Assembly (NCBI GenBank): GCA_025786725.1
Contig: JAHLTZ010000009.1
Coordinates: 558,001-622,000, forward strand
Direction of reading: 5' to 3'
From: Syncephalis fuscata S228
Lineage: Eukaryota > Fungi > Zoopagomycota
Length of the DNA: 64,000 bases
The notes beneath the pieces are model-generated. The model did not search any database and was not told the origin of the DNA. It was given only the letters and a program-made list of their open reading frames with translations. Both the position numbers and the translations under genes were made by a program. Shown here in pieces: positions 42,819-54,231 of the stretch; positions within the stretch are counted from its first letter, which is position 1; every line of letters begins with the position of its first letter.

Positions 42819-44029
42819 AATTAAAAAGTAATAGCCATTTAATAACAAAGAAATGGCAATACTATGTATAACTTTACATACGATTGATTAAATTGCATAA
42901 TATTTTGCACAGATGTGCGTATAGCATATAGTAGCTATCGGTAAAGTATACCGTTATTGTATTGCGTAATGGTATAATAATTATGATAATACGTTAATAA
43001 ATATGCAAAATAACAGTTTTATGCCATTCATAACTTGTATAAGTAAAATACAACAAAATTATTAGCAGATTCGAGTTCTCCGTGCTTAGTTATACATATT
43101 GACATAAGATTTAGAACAGTGATTTTTGCAAAAAATGTCAACCAAAAATGCAATTTACATAAATATTTGTTAACAAAAATTTAAGCTATATGTATATCTA
43201 TGACATAGATTGTCACTGTATATTAGTATATCTGGATATTAACTTGCTATTGTGCTTGTTTTTCGTTATAAAGTGTTTTGGACTTTCGTTATGCCAAATT
43301 TCATCTTTAATATTAAATTTTAAGCATAAAACTTTAATTGCTTTTTGTTAACAAATATTTATGTAAATTGCATTTTTGGTTGACATTTTTTGCAAAAATC
43401 ACTGTTCTAAATCTTATGCAATATGTATAACTAAGCACGGAGAACTCGAATCTGCTAATAATTTTGTTGTATTTTACTTATACAAGTTATGAATGGCATA
43501 AAACTGTTATTTTGCATATTTATTAACGTATTATCATAATTATTATACCATTACGCAATACAATAACGGTATACTTTACCAGTAGTTATCTATATGCTAT
43601 ACGTACATCTGTGCAAAATATCATACAATTTGATTCACTATACGTAAGGTTATACGTGATTTTATCAATGTTTTACTAAGTGAATTAAAATACGTAATCG
43701 CATTTTTGACTACATTTTTTGTAAAATCACTGCTTTGTAAATATACAATGATATAACTAAGCATGGAGAATTTGAATCTGCCAATTATTTTGCTGTATTT
43801 TACTTATATAAATCATAATCGTAAAAAACTGCTATTTCTACACATTTATTAACGTATTATCATAATTATTATACCATTACGTAATACAATAACGGTATAC
43901 TTTACCGATAGCTACTTATATGCTATACGCACATCTGTGCAAAATATTATGCAATTTAATTGATCGTATGTAAAGTTATACATAGTATTGCCATTTCTTT
44001 GTTATTAAATAGCTATTACTGTTTTAATT
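42819..44029. repeat. Large foldback (inverted repeat) with 162-bp spacer and tandemly duplicated right arm
   Basis: 42940-43179 is a near-perfect reverse complement of 43342-43580 (one 1-nt indel seen). 42819-~43000 matches ~43843-44029. ~43368-43655 and ~43698-43985 are diverged tandem copies. Confidence 0.92.
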
Positions 44030-44077
44030 CAATTTATTGCATTTGCCATAATTTTGCAATTATGATTAAAAAATTTA

Positions 44078-44645
44078 CAACTTAGATGGCCAAGCAACAC
44101 ATGATTTCGGCGCTACCCTATAGTACTAGCCTTTGATGTGTGCTAACATTTATTATAATGTCTAAAATACAATGTGCTGATTGATTAGTATTACTTTGCC
44201 AATAAACTTATTTTTTATTGGCCATCAACTAGCACAGTTTAACTATAATAAATTTAATAACGCATCACAAGAAGTAAAAACGAGATGAACTGGAAACGAC
44301 TGATTTCCTTATTAGTATTGAATAAAACCATCATTATAATAACTGTATTTAATATTAGTATTTAAATGCTTTTTACTATATATCATTAATGCAGAACATT
44401 AGCTTATATAGCCGCTTATATGTTTACAACCAACAAGTAGCTACTCATTGTATCTTTTTAATAGACATTTGTTACTATTAATCAGTGCTAATATCCAATA
44501 TGTATATTATCATTTTGATCAATCACATGCGACTTTAACTAGTTATCCAATCATACGGTATATTTCATAGTCGCATTTTCATAAAATTCCGTTCATAATA
44601 TCGAAATAGTAGAGATACATTATGTTGTAACATTTCAGTTTATGA
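44078..44645 (+). repeat. Diverged direct repeat, copy 2
   Basis: See 42083-42640; offset about 2.0 kb. Confidence 0.75.
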
Positions 44646-44899
44646 ATAAAAAAGCAATAAACAATTTTTGAATAGTATTTTGATACTGTATATTTGAAAC
44701 AAATAACTGAAATATAGTTTAATATCTAACTGAATATCCAATGTATAGTAACTGTGCTTTTAAAATATAACTTTAATAAACTTTTAATTTCACTATAAAT
44801 TTTTCTTTTTTAAAATTGATTAAAACTATTTATTAATAAAATCATTTTTTGTTTGCTCCACACTTTGTTTTCTTGTAATGACGTTTACCACAAATTAAA

Positions 44900-46211
44900 C
44901 ATTTTTAATAACACGCTCTCTTTTCTTTATAGCTGTTTCATTAGTAGTTTGTATTTGCTTTTCAATAAAGATGTTTGTTTCAATGTTATTCATGCTAGTG
45001 TTTACAGCGCATGTTCTTGTATTGTGTCCTTTTGAGCTACAGTTGCGACAAGTATATCGTTGGTGGTCTGCAAAGCTTTACTATAACATCTAATTCTTTT
45101 AACTCTCGGTCTACCGGCTTTCTTTGTTATTTTCGGTGGCAAACACAAAATATCCGCAGTAATTGACTCTATTTCAACCAGGCAAATTTCCGGAGCATAT
45201 AATTTGTTTAAATAATCAATGGTGTAAGATTTATTAATAAACTCATTTAATAAAAAACCACAATTCTTCAAAATTAGTAGTTTTAATTTGAAATTTGGTA
45301 TCAAAATAATCATCAACTATATAGTTATTGATGTCAGTTAATGTTGATTTATACAAAAAATAGCTATTATTAGTTAACAATCCTTGAGCTTGTGAATACT
45401 TAATTCAGGTACTGAATCTGCTAAACGTTTAAGGAAATAAATCCAGTTGTTTTCATTTTCATTAAATACTATAGCAACAGCCAAAGGTAAAATATTATTA
45501 TTTCCATTTTTAACAACCGCATCAAGAGCAACAGCGCCATAAGAAAACCTTAGATGGCAACCGTCAATTACCAGTACTTTACGGGTATACTGGCAAGCTT
45601 TAATAAATGATAAATGACATAAAAATGCATTTTCAAAATTACCAGACTGGTTTTGCAAGAAGTGCTGAACAGAATCCGGATTAAAATGTTCAAATTTGAT
45701 AAAGTAATATTTAATAAATGAAAAAGAATTGATATTGCTGTTAATAGTATTTTTTATTAAATTAAAAGCAGAACAAGCTTTGTAATAAGAAATAATAGCA
45801 TCTATTAAGCTATTACAATTGTTAGTGTATATTGAATAATCAAATGTGTACATACTTTGATACTTTTATTCGTACATCTGTTGATTTTACATTTGAGAAT
45901 ATAGCGACACCACTTGTAATATATTTAATAATAGATTTAATAGTATCATTACCAGAATCATATAAACAACCATTAAAATGTTTAATATTGCATTAAACAA
46001 TTTTTAATAAGCCGATTTTCCGCTTTTTGGCAGTTAAAACAAACTGGCATTTGTTGCTGGAACGGTCTTCATGAGAACAAATAAGCTGTAATTTTGTTGA
46101 ATTGCTATTTTTCTATTAAAATTGCAACTGTTAACAAGCTTAAACTTGTCAATAGCAATCTTCAGTTTGCAATACTGTTAAATATAGCTTTTTAAGTATT
46201 TTGGTAGACAT
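44900..46211 (-). mobile_element. Degenerate Mutator-like (MULE) transposase, internally deleted
   Basis: N-terminal C..C..H.C zinc-finger-like segment (LICSHEDRSSNKCQFVL...KHFNGC), MULE core RKVLVIDGCHLRFSYGAVALDAVVKNGNNNILPLAVAIVFNENENNWIYFL, LPPKITKKAGRPRVKR, C-terminal CCHC knuckle CRNCSSKGHNTRTC (45009-45051). Stops/frameshifts are present; second Asp/Glu and SWIM region not seen. Confidence 0.85.
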
Positions 46212-46595
46212 TTGGTAAACTTTTAAACAGTGTATTTCAATAAATAAAGCTAAAACGGCTTATTGTTACTTATTAAATAAGTTTAGTAAAATTGAAAACG
46301 GTACATTTTTCTATTTTTCCTTAATTTTATGGTCAAGTGCCATATGATCGATAATATTGTCGTTATTGTTAGCCATTACCATTAAACGCTATGACTATTC
46401 ATTATCTAACTAACAAGTACTCTTATAAATACTAAACATTATCTTATTCAATAAAAAACAATAATCTCTCAATAACTTCTCTAACTTTAACATCAAATGT
46501 TTTACCAATTGAATCTGTCTTTAAATACACTTTTATTTGTATTTGCCAAACAACTCAGCAACAGCGTTGAAAGCTAAACTCGTTTGATACCTTTA

Positions 46596-49471
46596 TTAAG
46601 AAAAGCTAGACTTAACTCGTCCGATATCCCTAAATGCAATATCCCAATTTTGACGTACAATCTCTATGCTATCACTATCATTCTCGTCGTAATGTATCGT
46701 ACCTTCATATCCTTTGTGATCAATAGCCACGACCACTGGGACCACTTTGTCATAATTGCTTCCAAAGTAGCCTAGCTGTTCACTGGAGCTGGGACATAGA
46801 TTAATTACATACACCGCAGCACAGCCGTAAGTTTGGGCGTATTTTTCGGCACGACAACATTGCTCATCAAATACCGCTTTGGTTGCATCAACCATCAATT
46901 TGAAGCCGTATTTAGGTCTGTTGCGGCCATTATGTACGAGAATGTCTAGTCTTCCATTGTCTTGGCCGCGATCCTTGACTTCCAGGAAGGCTCTGTAGCC
47001 TAATCCTGAGTACGCTTTTGGGAGCAGACTGTTAAGGATAATGCCAAACTCGGCTTGAAACGCATACTCAGACGGAAATCCGCCAACGTTCAAGGATTGC
47101 CTAGCCCAAAGGCGCTGAATAGACAGGTTCTGTATAAATAGGAATTGACCAAACAAATGTCGATATCAATCCATTGTCAATGAGCTCCATACTATATATA
47201 CAACACTCACCTTAATTATATGTTTTAACAACCACCGAGGGTCAAGTTCATCCACGTTCGGTGGCCCTTCAGATAGCTCGATTTCCCGCATACTCATTGT
47301 TTCCAGCATCAAACTGCGAAGAATAGACGCACTGCACTTGGCTGTAGCTGTAAGTCCATCTTCGGCTAGGTCTACAAGAACAATCATTCCCTCCGAGACA
47401 AGGCACTTTGTAGCAAAATCATACGTCTATGGAATTAATCAATTAGTAGGTAAATAAGAACGACGAATTGACAATTGAAACATGAAAGTCAAGATCGTCA
47501 ACTTACCTCGACCTCAGCGGTCTTATTATAAAGGACTTTAATGAGAATAGATTTGGCCCTTTCTGTGAGGTGCTTAAGAGCTTGAATTATGGAGTCATAA
47601 TGTTCCGACGTCCGCGCAGAGCCTGCCAATTGAAGGCTATTACTTTTCCAATCGTCAACAGTAAGGATGGGATTTTCTATTTTCCTTTTTTCAATAAAAC
47701 AGCCACAAACGCCGACAAGACCTTTGTGGCCAGATGTAAGGGCGTAAATGTCTTCTCCGATACCAGCTGCGTCAAATCCAGGCACATGTTTGGCATACTG
47801 GAACATGAGATCTTGAACCTCTTCTTTGGTAAACTGGTCGGCTCCAAAAGTCTGTCCTCCCTCCTCTGAAAACGACGAAATACGGCTTGATAGACCAGAA
47901 TTAGGGCGGGCGAGAAGAAGCTCTCTGATTTTGGAAGTGCCAACAAACGCAAGAGAAAATAGATTAAAGTTGATGCGGTTGCCTTTAAGGGCTCGTAGGG
48001 CGGTTATGAATTCGTTCGTATTTTCTTTAATCCTGTTGTCTTCGTCACCCAGACTAGCCAGATACGAAACTTCGTCAATAATGAGAATCATCTTCTTCGG
48101 ATGGAGCCTCTTTGAAAAGAAATGCTTGAACGTTGCTGAATTCACATTGGCTTTAGAATCAAGGTTGAACCGGATGTTGTCGGCGGCACAAAAGACCATG
48201 CATATGGACTCCCAGAACGCTTGGCTTGTTTGGTTGATTACAACGTTACTATTAAAGGTTACAAGGCGTATTTCGAAATCTTTCCTGGGGCTACCAGTAA
48301 ACTCCAGAAACTTATTCGGATGCTCGGCGAACCACCGCAACAGTGCGTAGCAAAATGTGGATTTGCCACTCTGACGATGACCATCGTAGAGAATAAACCT
48401 GCGCTTGAGAAGGTTCTCTCCAAATTCCTGGACTTGTCTGGGCTCAATATAGAAGTTACTATCCGGGAATACTTCATTAGTGTGCTCAAAGTGACGCGGC
48501 CCTGTAAAAAACCAGCGAGTGGTTGGTTAGACAAATTCACATCCAGTACAGACCACGCTACTAACAACAACAGCCAAAATAACTTACTGTTTAAAGTAGT
48601 AAAATTGTACGCTAGTTCATATTCTTGTTTCAGGCGAGATACTGATCCCTCGTCATAGAAATCACCCTTTCGTTTGAGTAAAAGACTACCTGTAGGAAAA
48701 ATGGGATAAAGTGTGAGAAGACCTGATAATATTTATAACTAGTAACCTAGCAATATTGCGCCCGCACTACTTACCAGGCTTGGGTGGCGCTACAACGATC
48801 AGGGCAGTCCTCTTCCTACCGCCCTTCCCGGCCTCAATAAGCTCTAAAAGTGGAGTATCTTCTTCAATAGGCTCTCTCCGGTTGGTAGCATCTTCGTCGT
48901 TGTTGTAGACTTGGAGTTTGGACGAATCAATACCTTGAAGCTCGTTTCTGAAAGCAACATCAGTGATAAGTATTTTACGAAGGTCGGCAATATCATTGCT
49001 TTGATTGAGATTTGTGATTTTATCAATGCCCAGCTCCGTAAAGCGTGAACTGTTTGGTGAACCTTGAAGGAGCTTGACCCAGACGGCCGACATCACTTCA
49101 GGTGCTGCTGAGACTGGCTGATCTTGATCTGCAATAGAAAGAAAGGAACAAGGTTACAGGCAACGGTGAGGTCAGGTAGTGCTAGAGTAAGAACGAAGAC
49201 GTCGAGAAAGAGAAAGCGAGTAAGAGATATAAAGGGCGACAAGAGCCACGTAGACTCATGCGCCAGCCTGACAGCAATGACAAGCAGAGGCGTGAGACAC
49301 GAGACGGCTCATAGTTCTCTTTTTGACGTCTTGCAGATGTCAAAATAGGCGCAGAGCAGATAGAAGGTGCATGGGACGGAGAGAAGAAGTGTCTATTGCT
49401 GTTGGGATGAGTTTACCTTGAACGATACGAGACGCTTCTTCAAGAAGTCTTTTAAGCACTTTGGAAGACAT
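46596..49471 (-). CDS. Crinkler (CRN)-type protein: N-terminal ubiquitin-like header + P-loop NTPase + PD-(D/E)xK REase-fold domain; 6 exons
   Basis: Exon1 MSSKVLKRLLEEASRIVQ (49471-49417), 288-nt intron; header VWVKL...IADLRK...IDSSKLQVY...PIEEDTPL...LIVVAP; Walker A LYDGHRQSGKST; Walker B MILIIDE; SEYAFQAEF...RLDILV...YGFKL. Splicing restores the frame at the junctions checked. Confidence 0.82.
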
Positions 49472-50222
49472 TGTGCAGAATTGATAGAAAGATGCCAACG
49501 GTACCAAACATACTAGAGGAATTGAAGAGGCTAACGGGAGTGAGGATGAGGTGAGGTGATAGAAGCTGATAGCGTGTAAAAGTGGATGAGACGAAAAACA
49601 AAAAGAAAAAGAGCCGCGCGTGACGAAACGCGACTTGGCAAAGAAAAAAGTTTATGGCAGATCTCTATCAATCCTGTTACTGGTTGGTTTATCACAATGT
49701 GCAGTCACTATATTTAGGATTGCGTCATTTTACTAATAGGTAGCGATTATGTTATTGAGCTATTAGATTTTGAAAAGTAGAGAATGGTAATTTACTGGAC
49801 GTCATCTGCCTTTTAGTCTCAATTGCCACATGTCCTTCCTACAGCAATTGCTATCTCATTTCGACCTGCCCACTCGTCCAGTCAATGAACAAACAGATTC
49901 AACGTCTTTGAGCATGGCTGGAAGCACGCCGAGCGGTGTGCTAGAACTACACCAGCCAAGCTTTCCACTAGCTCGCTGTAGCGCATGCTTGCCTATATCC
50001 AAAGTTATATCCTCTGCTCCAATGTCGGCGGTTGTGTAGGCGATGCATTGGCGAGCTGGCAGAAGCAAAGAAACAAGACATGATCTTGTCAACTGGACCA
50101 CCCAACGCTCATTTTGTTCGGCTTTGTTGCAACACGCCCCATATTGTATCAATAATGTAACTTGGAAAACAGTTATGGCTTTATTTCTTTGATCTTTTTC
50201 ATAGCAAGCTATTAAATCCAAT

Positions 50223-50474
50223 CTAACAAGCAGGCCTAGAACAGCATCCAGGATATGGCGCATCGGGATCTCCAGGAATTCTACCACATCCAGGCGAAGG
50301 GACAAAACCAGGACAGCCAACACCGCTATTAGCATTAATCATACGAATACATGTCTTTGTTTTCGTCGATTTAGCAACAGCCCGACGGAGTAGACGAGAA
50401 TCGGCATCCGCCATAGCTGCACTGGTTACAAGCACCACGACAAGAGCACAGAAAACGGTGATATAAATCTTCAT
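50223..50474 (-). CDS. Small secreted Cys-rich peptide, SVWC (single-domain von Willebrand C)-like
   Basis: Signal peptide, Kex2-like LLRR, mature region with 6 Cys ending GC..PGC....GD...PYPGCC....C. Confidence 0.75.
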   Translation of the reverse strand: MKIYITVFCALVVVLVTSAAMADADSRLLRRAVAKSTKTKTCIRMINANSGVGCPGFVPSPGCGRIPGDPDAPYPGCCSRPAC

Positions 50475-51099
50475 GGTAACGGCTGCCTAATAAAATAAAT
50501 AGACAATCAAACAAATGTAAATATGTATACGCCAAAAGATATATAATAGATAATAAGGTGATAGAAAACATAAAAAATTAAACAAATGTAAAGATATATA
50601 TAATAAAATACAGTTAATAGAAAAATAGAATGTCGATGCAAGGAGTAATATTTACTGCTCATTCTCCTTTACATGCATGCGTAATTGGCGATCATTTACA
50701 CATTTATGCAATTGTTTTCTCACAGTAATAAATTTCATATATTACGACGTTATTTACGAAATATCCAATGGAATGATTATCATAATACTTTTTAAATAAT
50801 AATAATGAAAATCTAGTGTAATATGCTAACTAATAAACTGTATTGCAATAAGTACTTTATTTTTGGTTTATTGAATAATGTGCACCGTAACCTTTTATGG
50901 ATGAAATGCGTGGTTATCAGATGTTAATGAGCGTGCTTGTTTCAAATATCAACAGAATCAGCACTATTTTAGTCATTCATACTTGTATCTATGCGAATTC
51001 GCGTGCTATTCTGAAACTAGTCGTGATTTAAACAAAATAAATACGGAATGATATTTGATGGTATACCACATTATTAGGTTTCTTGTTTGTCGCTCCAAT

Positions 51100-52465
51100 A
51101 TGAAAAAATTTATTGTTACTTATTGGCTATTCACTAATTTGTTCTGGCCAGCAATGCCTGTATTGGCAATGGATGATGAACCTGTGCAGAGACCATCCAT
51201 AATAGCACCATGGTCGATTACAAAACAAGAGAATCAGCCACCCCCATTTCCCGCAGACGGAATAAACCCCTCACAGCAATCGTCTATTTTGTTAGGTCGT
51301 GGTCCACAATTGCCAGACTATGCACCTAACGGATTGGCTCTTAAAGACTCAGGAGATTACGATGCGTATGGGCAGCGTGGCTTAATGGTTACCGAATGGT
51401 TACACCACGATGAGCAAACATCAACTGCCATGGTTTTTTTCCGTAATACTCGAGGATTACTAAAATGCACCAAAAATATTGAAGCAATTAATAAAGAATT
51501 AAGCATATTAAAAGTAGGCCATTACAACTATCGTTAAGGTTGATTAATATAATATTATGTAGAAAATTGAACAAGGTCCACAAAGCTCAGATACATTTTT
51601 GATGGCTAGCATTAATCGAGTTGCTCGTTTTTTGCACATATTTCCGCAAAACAAGTTGCGTTGTTTAATTACATCTCAATCGAGTAAAGTTACATTTGGC
51701 CAATATACTGCAAAGCTTACTTATGAAGAAAAACTCTGTTTTATGCCTCTGCTTTTCAAACAATTGATCCAAGGTAAACATCAAAAAATGTGCACCATCT
51801 ATTTACTAATGCCAAATTACTAGCGGCTTCGTTTTTACATTATGTTGGTATAGCACATAGTAATATTAATCCGGATAGTAAGTTATTGTAGTAGCTACAT
51901 TTATTGTTTTACTTATTATATTTAAACTATTACCAGATGTTTGTATGTTTTTAGATGATTACGAAAAACCAGAGTTGATGCTAGTCAACTATTCCGCCGT
52001 TTCTTTTCTTTTAAATCTAAAGGTGCTGAAGATGTACAGCATCAAGTACCGCGCGGTTCTACTTTTGGATATGACTCGCCGGAATCCATTGTCTATCCAG
52101 CGGTTAATCTTCTGAAACGCGATGCTTGGGCTATCGGAATGACCCTCTATACCGGCTTCACAGGGATCCCTTTTTATGGATTTACTTTAGAAAAACAAAA
52201 GGTGGTTGCGCTGTCCAGAAACGACTATAGCAAGGTTTTAATAGATGCCTACTATTTTGGTCGTGGCCAAGAAGAGCCGATTAAATTGGACGTGGATTCA
52301 CAACTGAGTTTTCGCTCATTTGGGCCACAAGCCATCAGACTACTTATCTCCGATCCAGCCTATCGCCCAACTCCTCTCGCCATGCTAAATATGTTGACGC
52401 GTTCAGCTAATCAGGCTTCGTCAAAAACAGATACTTATTTAGCTGAAACAGCATTTAAATCTTAG
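51100..52465 (+). CDS. Secreted protein-kinase-fold protein (probable pseudokinase); multi-exon
   Basis: Signal-like MKKFIVTYWLFTNLFWPAMPVLA; GLLKC..KELSILK; FLHYVGIAHSNINPD; LVNYS; GYDSPE; RDAWAIGMTLY; DPAYRP. Confidence 0.78.
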
Positions 52466-52947
52466 ATATTTACGAAAATAAGTGCTGCACATAAGGGGTT
52501 TAATTAATAAACTGATAATAAATGGATTAAGCTGATGGGTTGTTACATTGGCAATAATTATCGCATATAAATAGAACTGCCATGTATCAATTTCAAATCA
52601 ACGTGATACTTTTTAGTACAATTATGATGATTCTAAATGCTTTAGCCAAACTTGCCCACTACGACCTAATGAGACCATGCTATATTGGAAATATTGATTT
52701 GAACTAGCGCAACTACTTTGGTTGCCGGAGTATTAATAGGTATCAGGCACCAATTTAGGTAAACATGGGACATGCCAGAGGTGCAAGCTAGAAATGGCTG
52801 GTGGCCACATGGCATATCTTTGCTATAAAACATGCCAGGGACTCTAGGCAACTCAATAGTCCTGCATTGCTTCTCCAACCTCCAGCGCCTTTCTTTTAGA
52901 ATAACTTGGCTTCTTCATCTTCTCAAAACTATAAATACGCCAGCATA

Positions 52948-53886
52948 ATGACTTTTGATCGTAAATCCATTTTCATGACTTTTGCCAGCATGGTGCTTTT
53001 GGCATCAAGCGCTATAGGCTCAAATATACCTTTGGACCATTACAAATCAAGTATGATAGCTGATGTCATTACATATTTTATACTTGGGCTAATTGATAAT
53101 CTCAAATCAAATAGAATTTACGGAAACATCGATGCTTCCTCGTTATAACAAGAACGACAACACCTATTCTTTATGTGCATTGTCCAACAAGCTTCCAAAA
53201 AGCTTTGATGTGATAGAGGTATGCTTGAATAACATTAGCTATTCTTATATTTATACCGCTTAAATACAGAGTCTCTACACAGGCCGTGCTCCTCAGGATG
53301 CCAATATTGCTATTGGTAAAATGTATTTTAGCATTCCTATTAGAAAGACTCAAGGTAACGGACAAACCTGCTACATTATGCAATACGAGGACACCACTCC
53401 ATTAGAGTACTTTTTCTTAGGCAATCGTCCTAATTATAATCATGATCAGGTGTTAGATATAATTAAGCAAATCGTAACAGGTAGGCAATGATAGCCCAAA
53501 AAGACACTGATTTTAACATATTATCAATTAGCTGTGAAGTACATGAAGGCAAAAGGCTGGATATACAACGAAAATATAACTCATGGTAAGTGACTGACTA
53601 GTCTTTTATTTAATTATTAACTTGTTTACTAGGCGGTGGCGTCAGTAAGAATGGAATCGTAAAGTTTACCAACTTTGATCGTACTTATTCCTGGGATCTG
53701 GCAGGAATTCCAGCAGATCAAATGCGGCTAAAAGTAAACAATATCAATACAGCTTTTTATCAAGCAATTGCCCAATGCTACATGAAGGCAATGGGCATGA
53801 CTAATGCTCAAGAGGCATTACGCGATGTTGAGAACGCTTATGCAGAAGTCAGAGTAGATTTTAAGCTACCAGAACATAGCCCATAA
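52948..53886 (+). CDS. Secreted, truncated kinase-like protein (frameshifted in assembly)
   Basis: TATAAA at 52930; signal MTFASMVLLASSAIG; later exons IIKQIVT|AVKYMKAKGWIYNENITH|GGVSKNGIVKFTNFD resemble kinase subdomains VIa-VII. Confidence 0.55.
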
Positions 53887-54231
53887 TAATGCATATTAAG
53901 AAATATTTTCTATTTGAATTACATTTAATTTGGTTTATTACAATAGAGTAACTTTCATAAATAAAATTTAAAACAATAAACGAATAATTTTAAGCTTTAT
54001 CTTGTTATTCAGTTTTTGTAATTGCATAACTATTACTATTTAATGATCGATATTAGGACAGTGTAATAAGTAGCAATATTGTGTATTTCATTTATATTGG
54101 TTTTGTATTTAATCAATCCTTACGTTTTAATATTCTATCACATTTGTTTTAGTTTTTTAGTTTTTTTCTTCTCTACACTTTTAGTTGTTTGTAGTCCAAT
54201 TAAAAATACATTTATTACTAACATTAGCATT

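Noticed and set aside
43342-43990. CRISPR-like or satellite array
   Set aside because: Only two ~330-bp diverged units, no short repeat-spacer periodicity, eukaryotic context.
47570-48658. Long plus-strand ORFs (47570-47869, 47826-48350, 48221-48658)
   Set aside because: Antisense shadows of the GC-richer CRN coding exons; no recognisable motifs.
49830-50335. Additional gene (159-aa minus or 69-aa plus ORF)
   Set aside because: The longer ORF overlaps the SVWC-like gene in another frame; no domain or splice support was seen.
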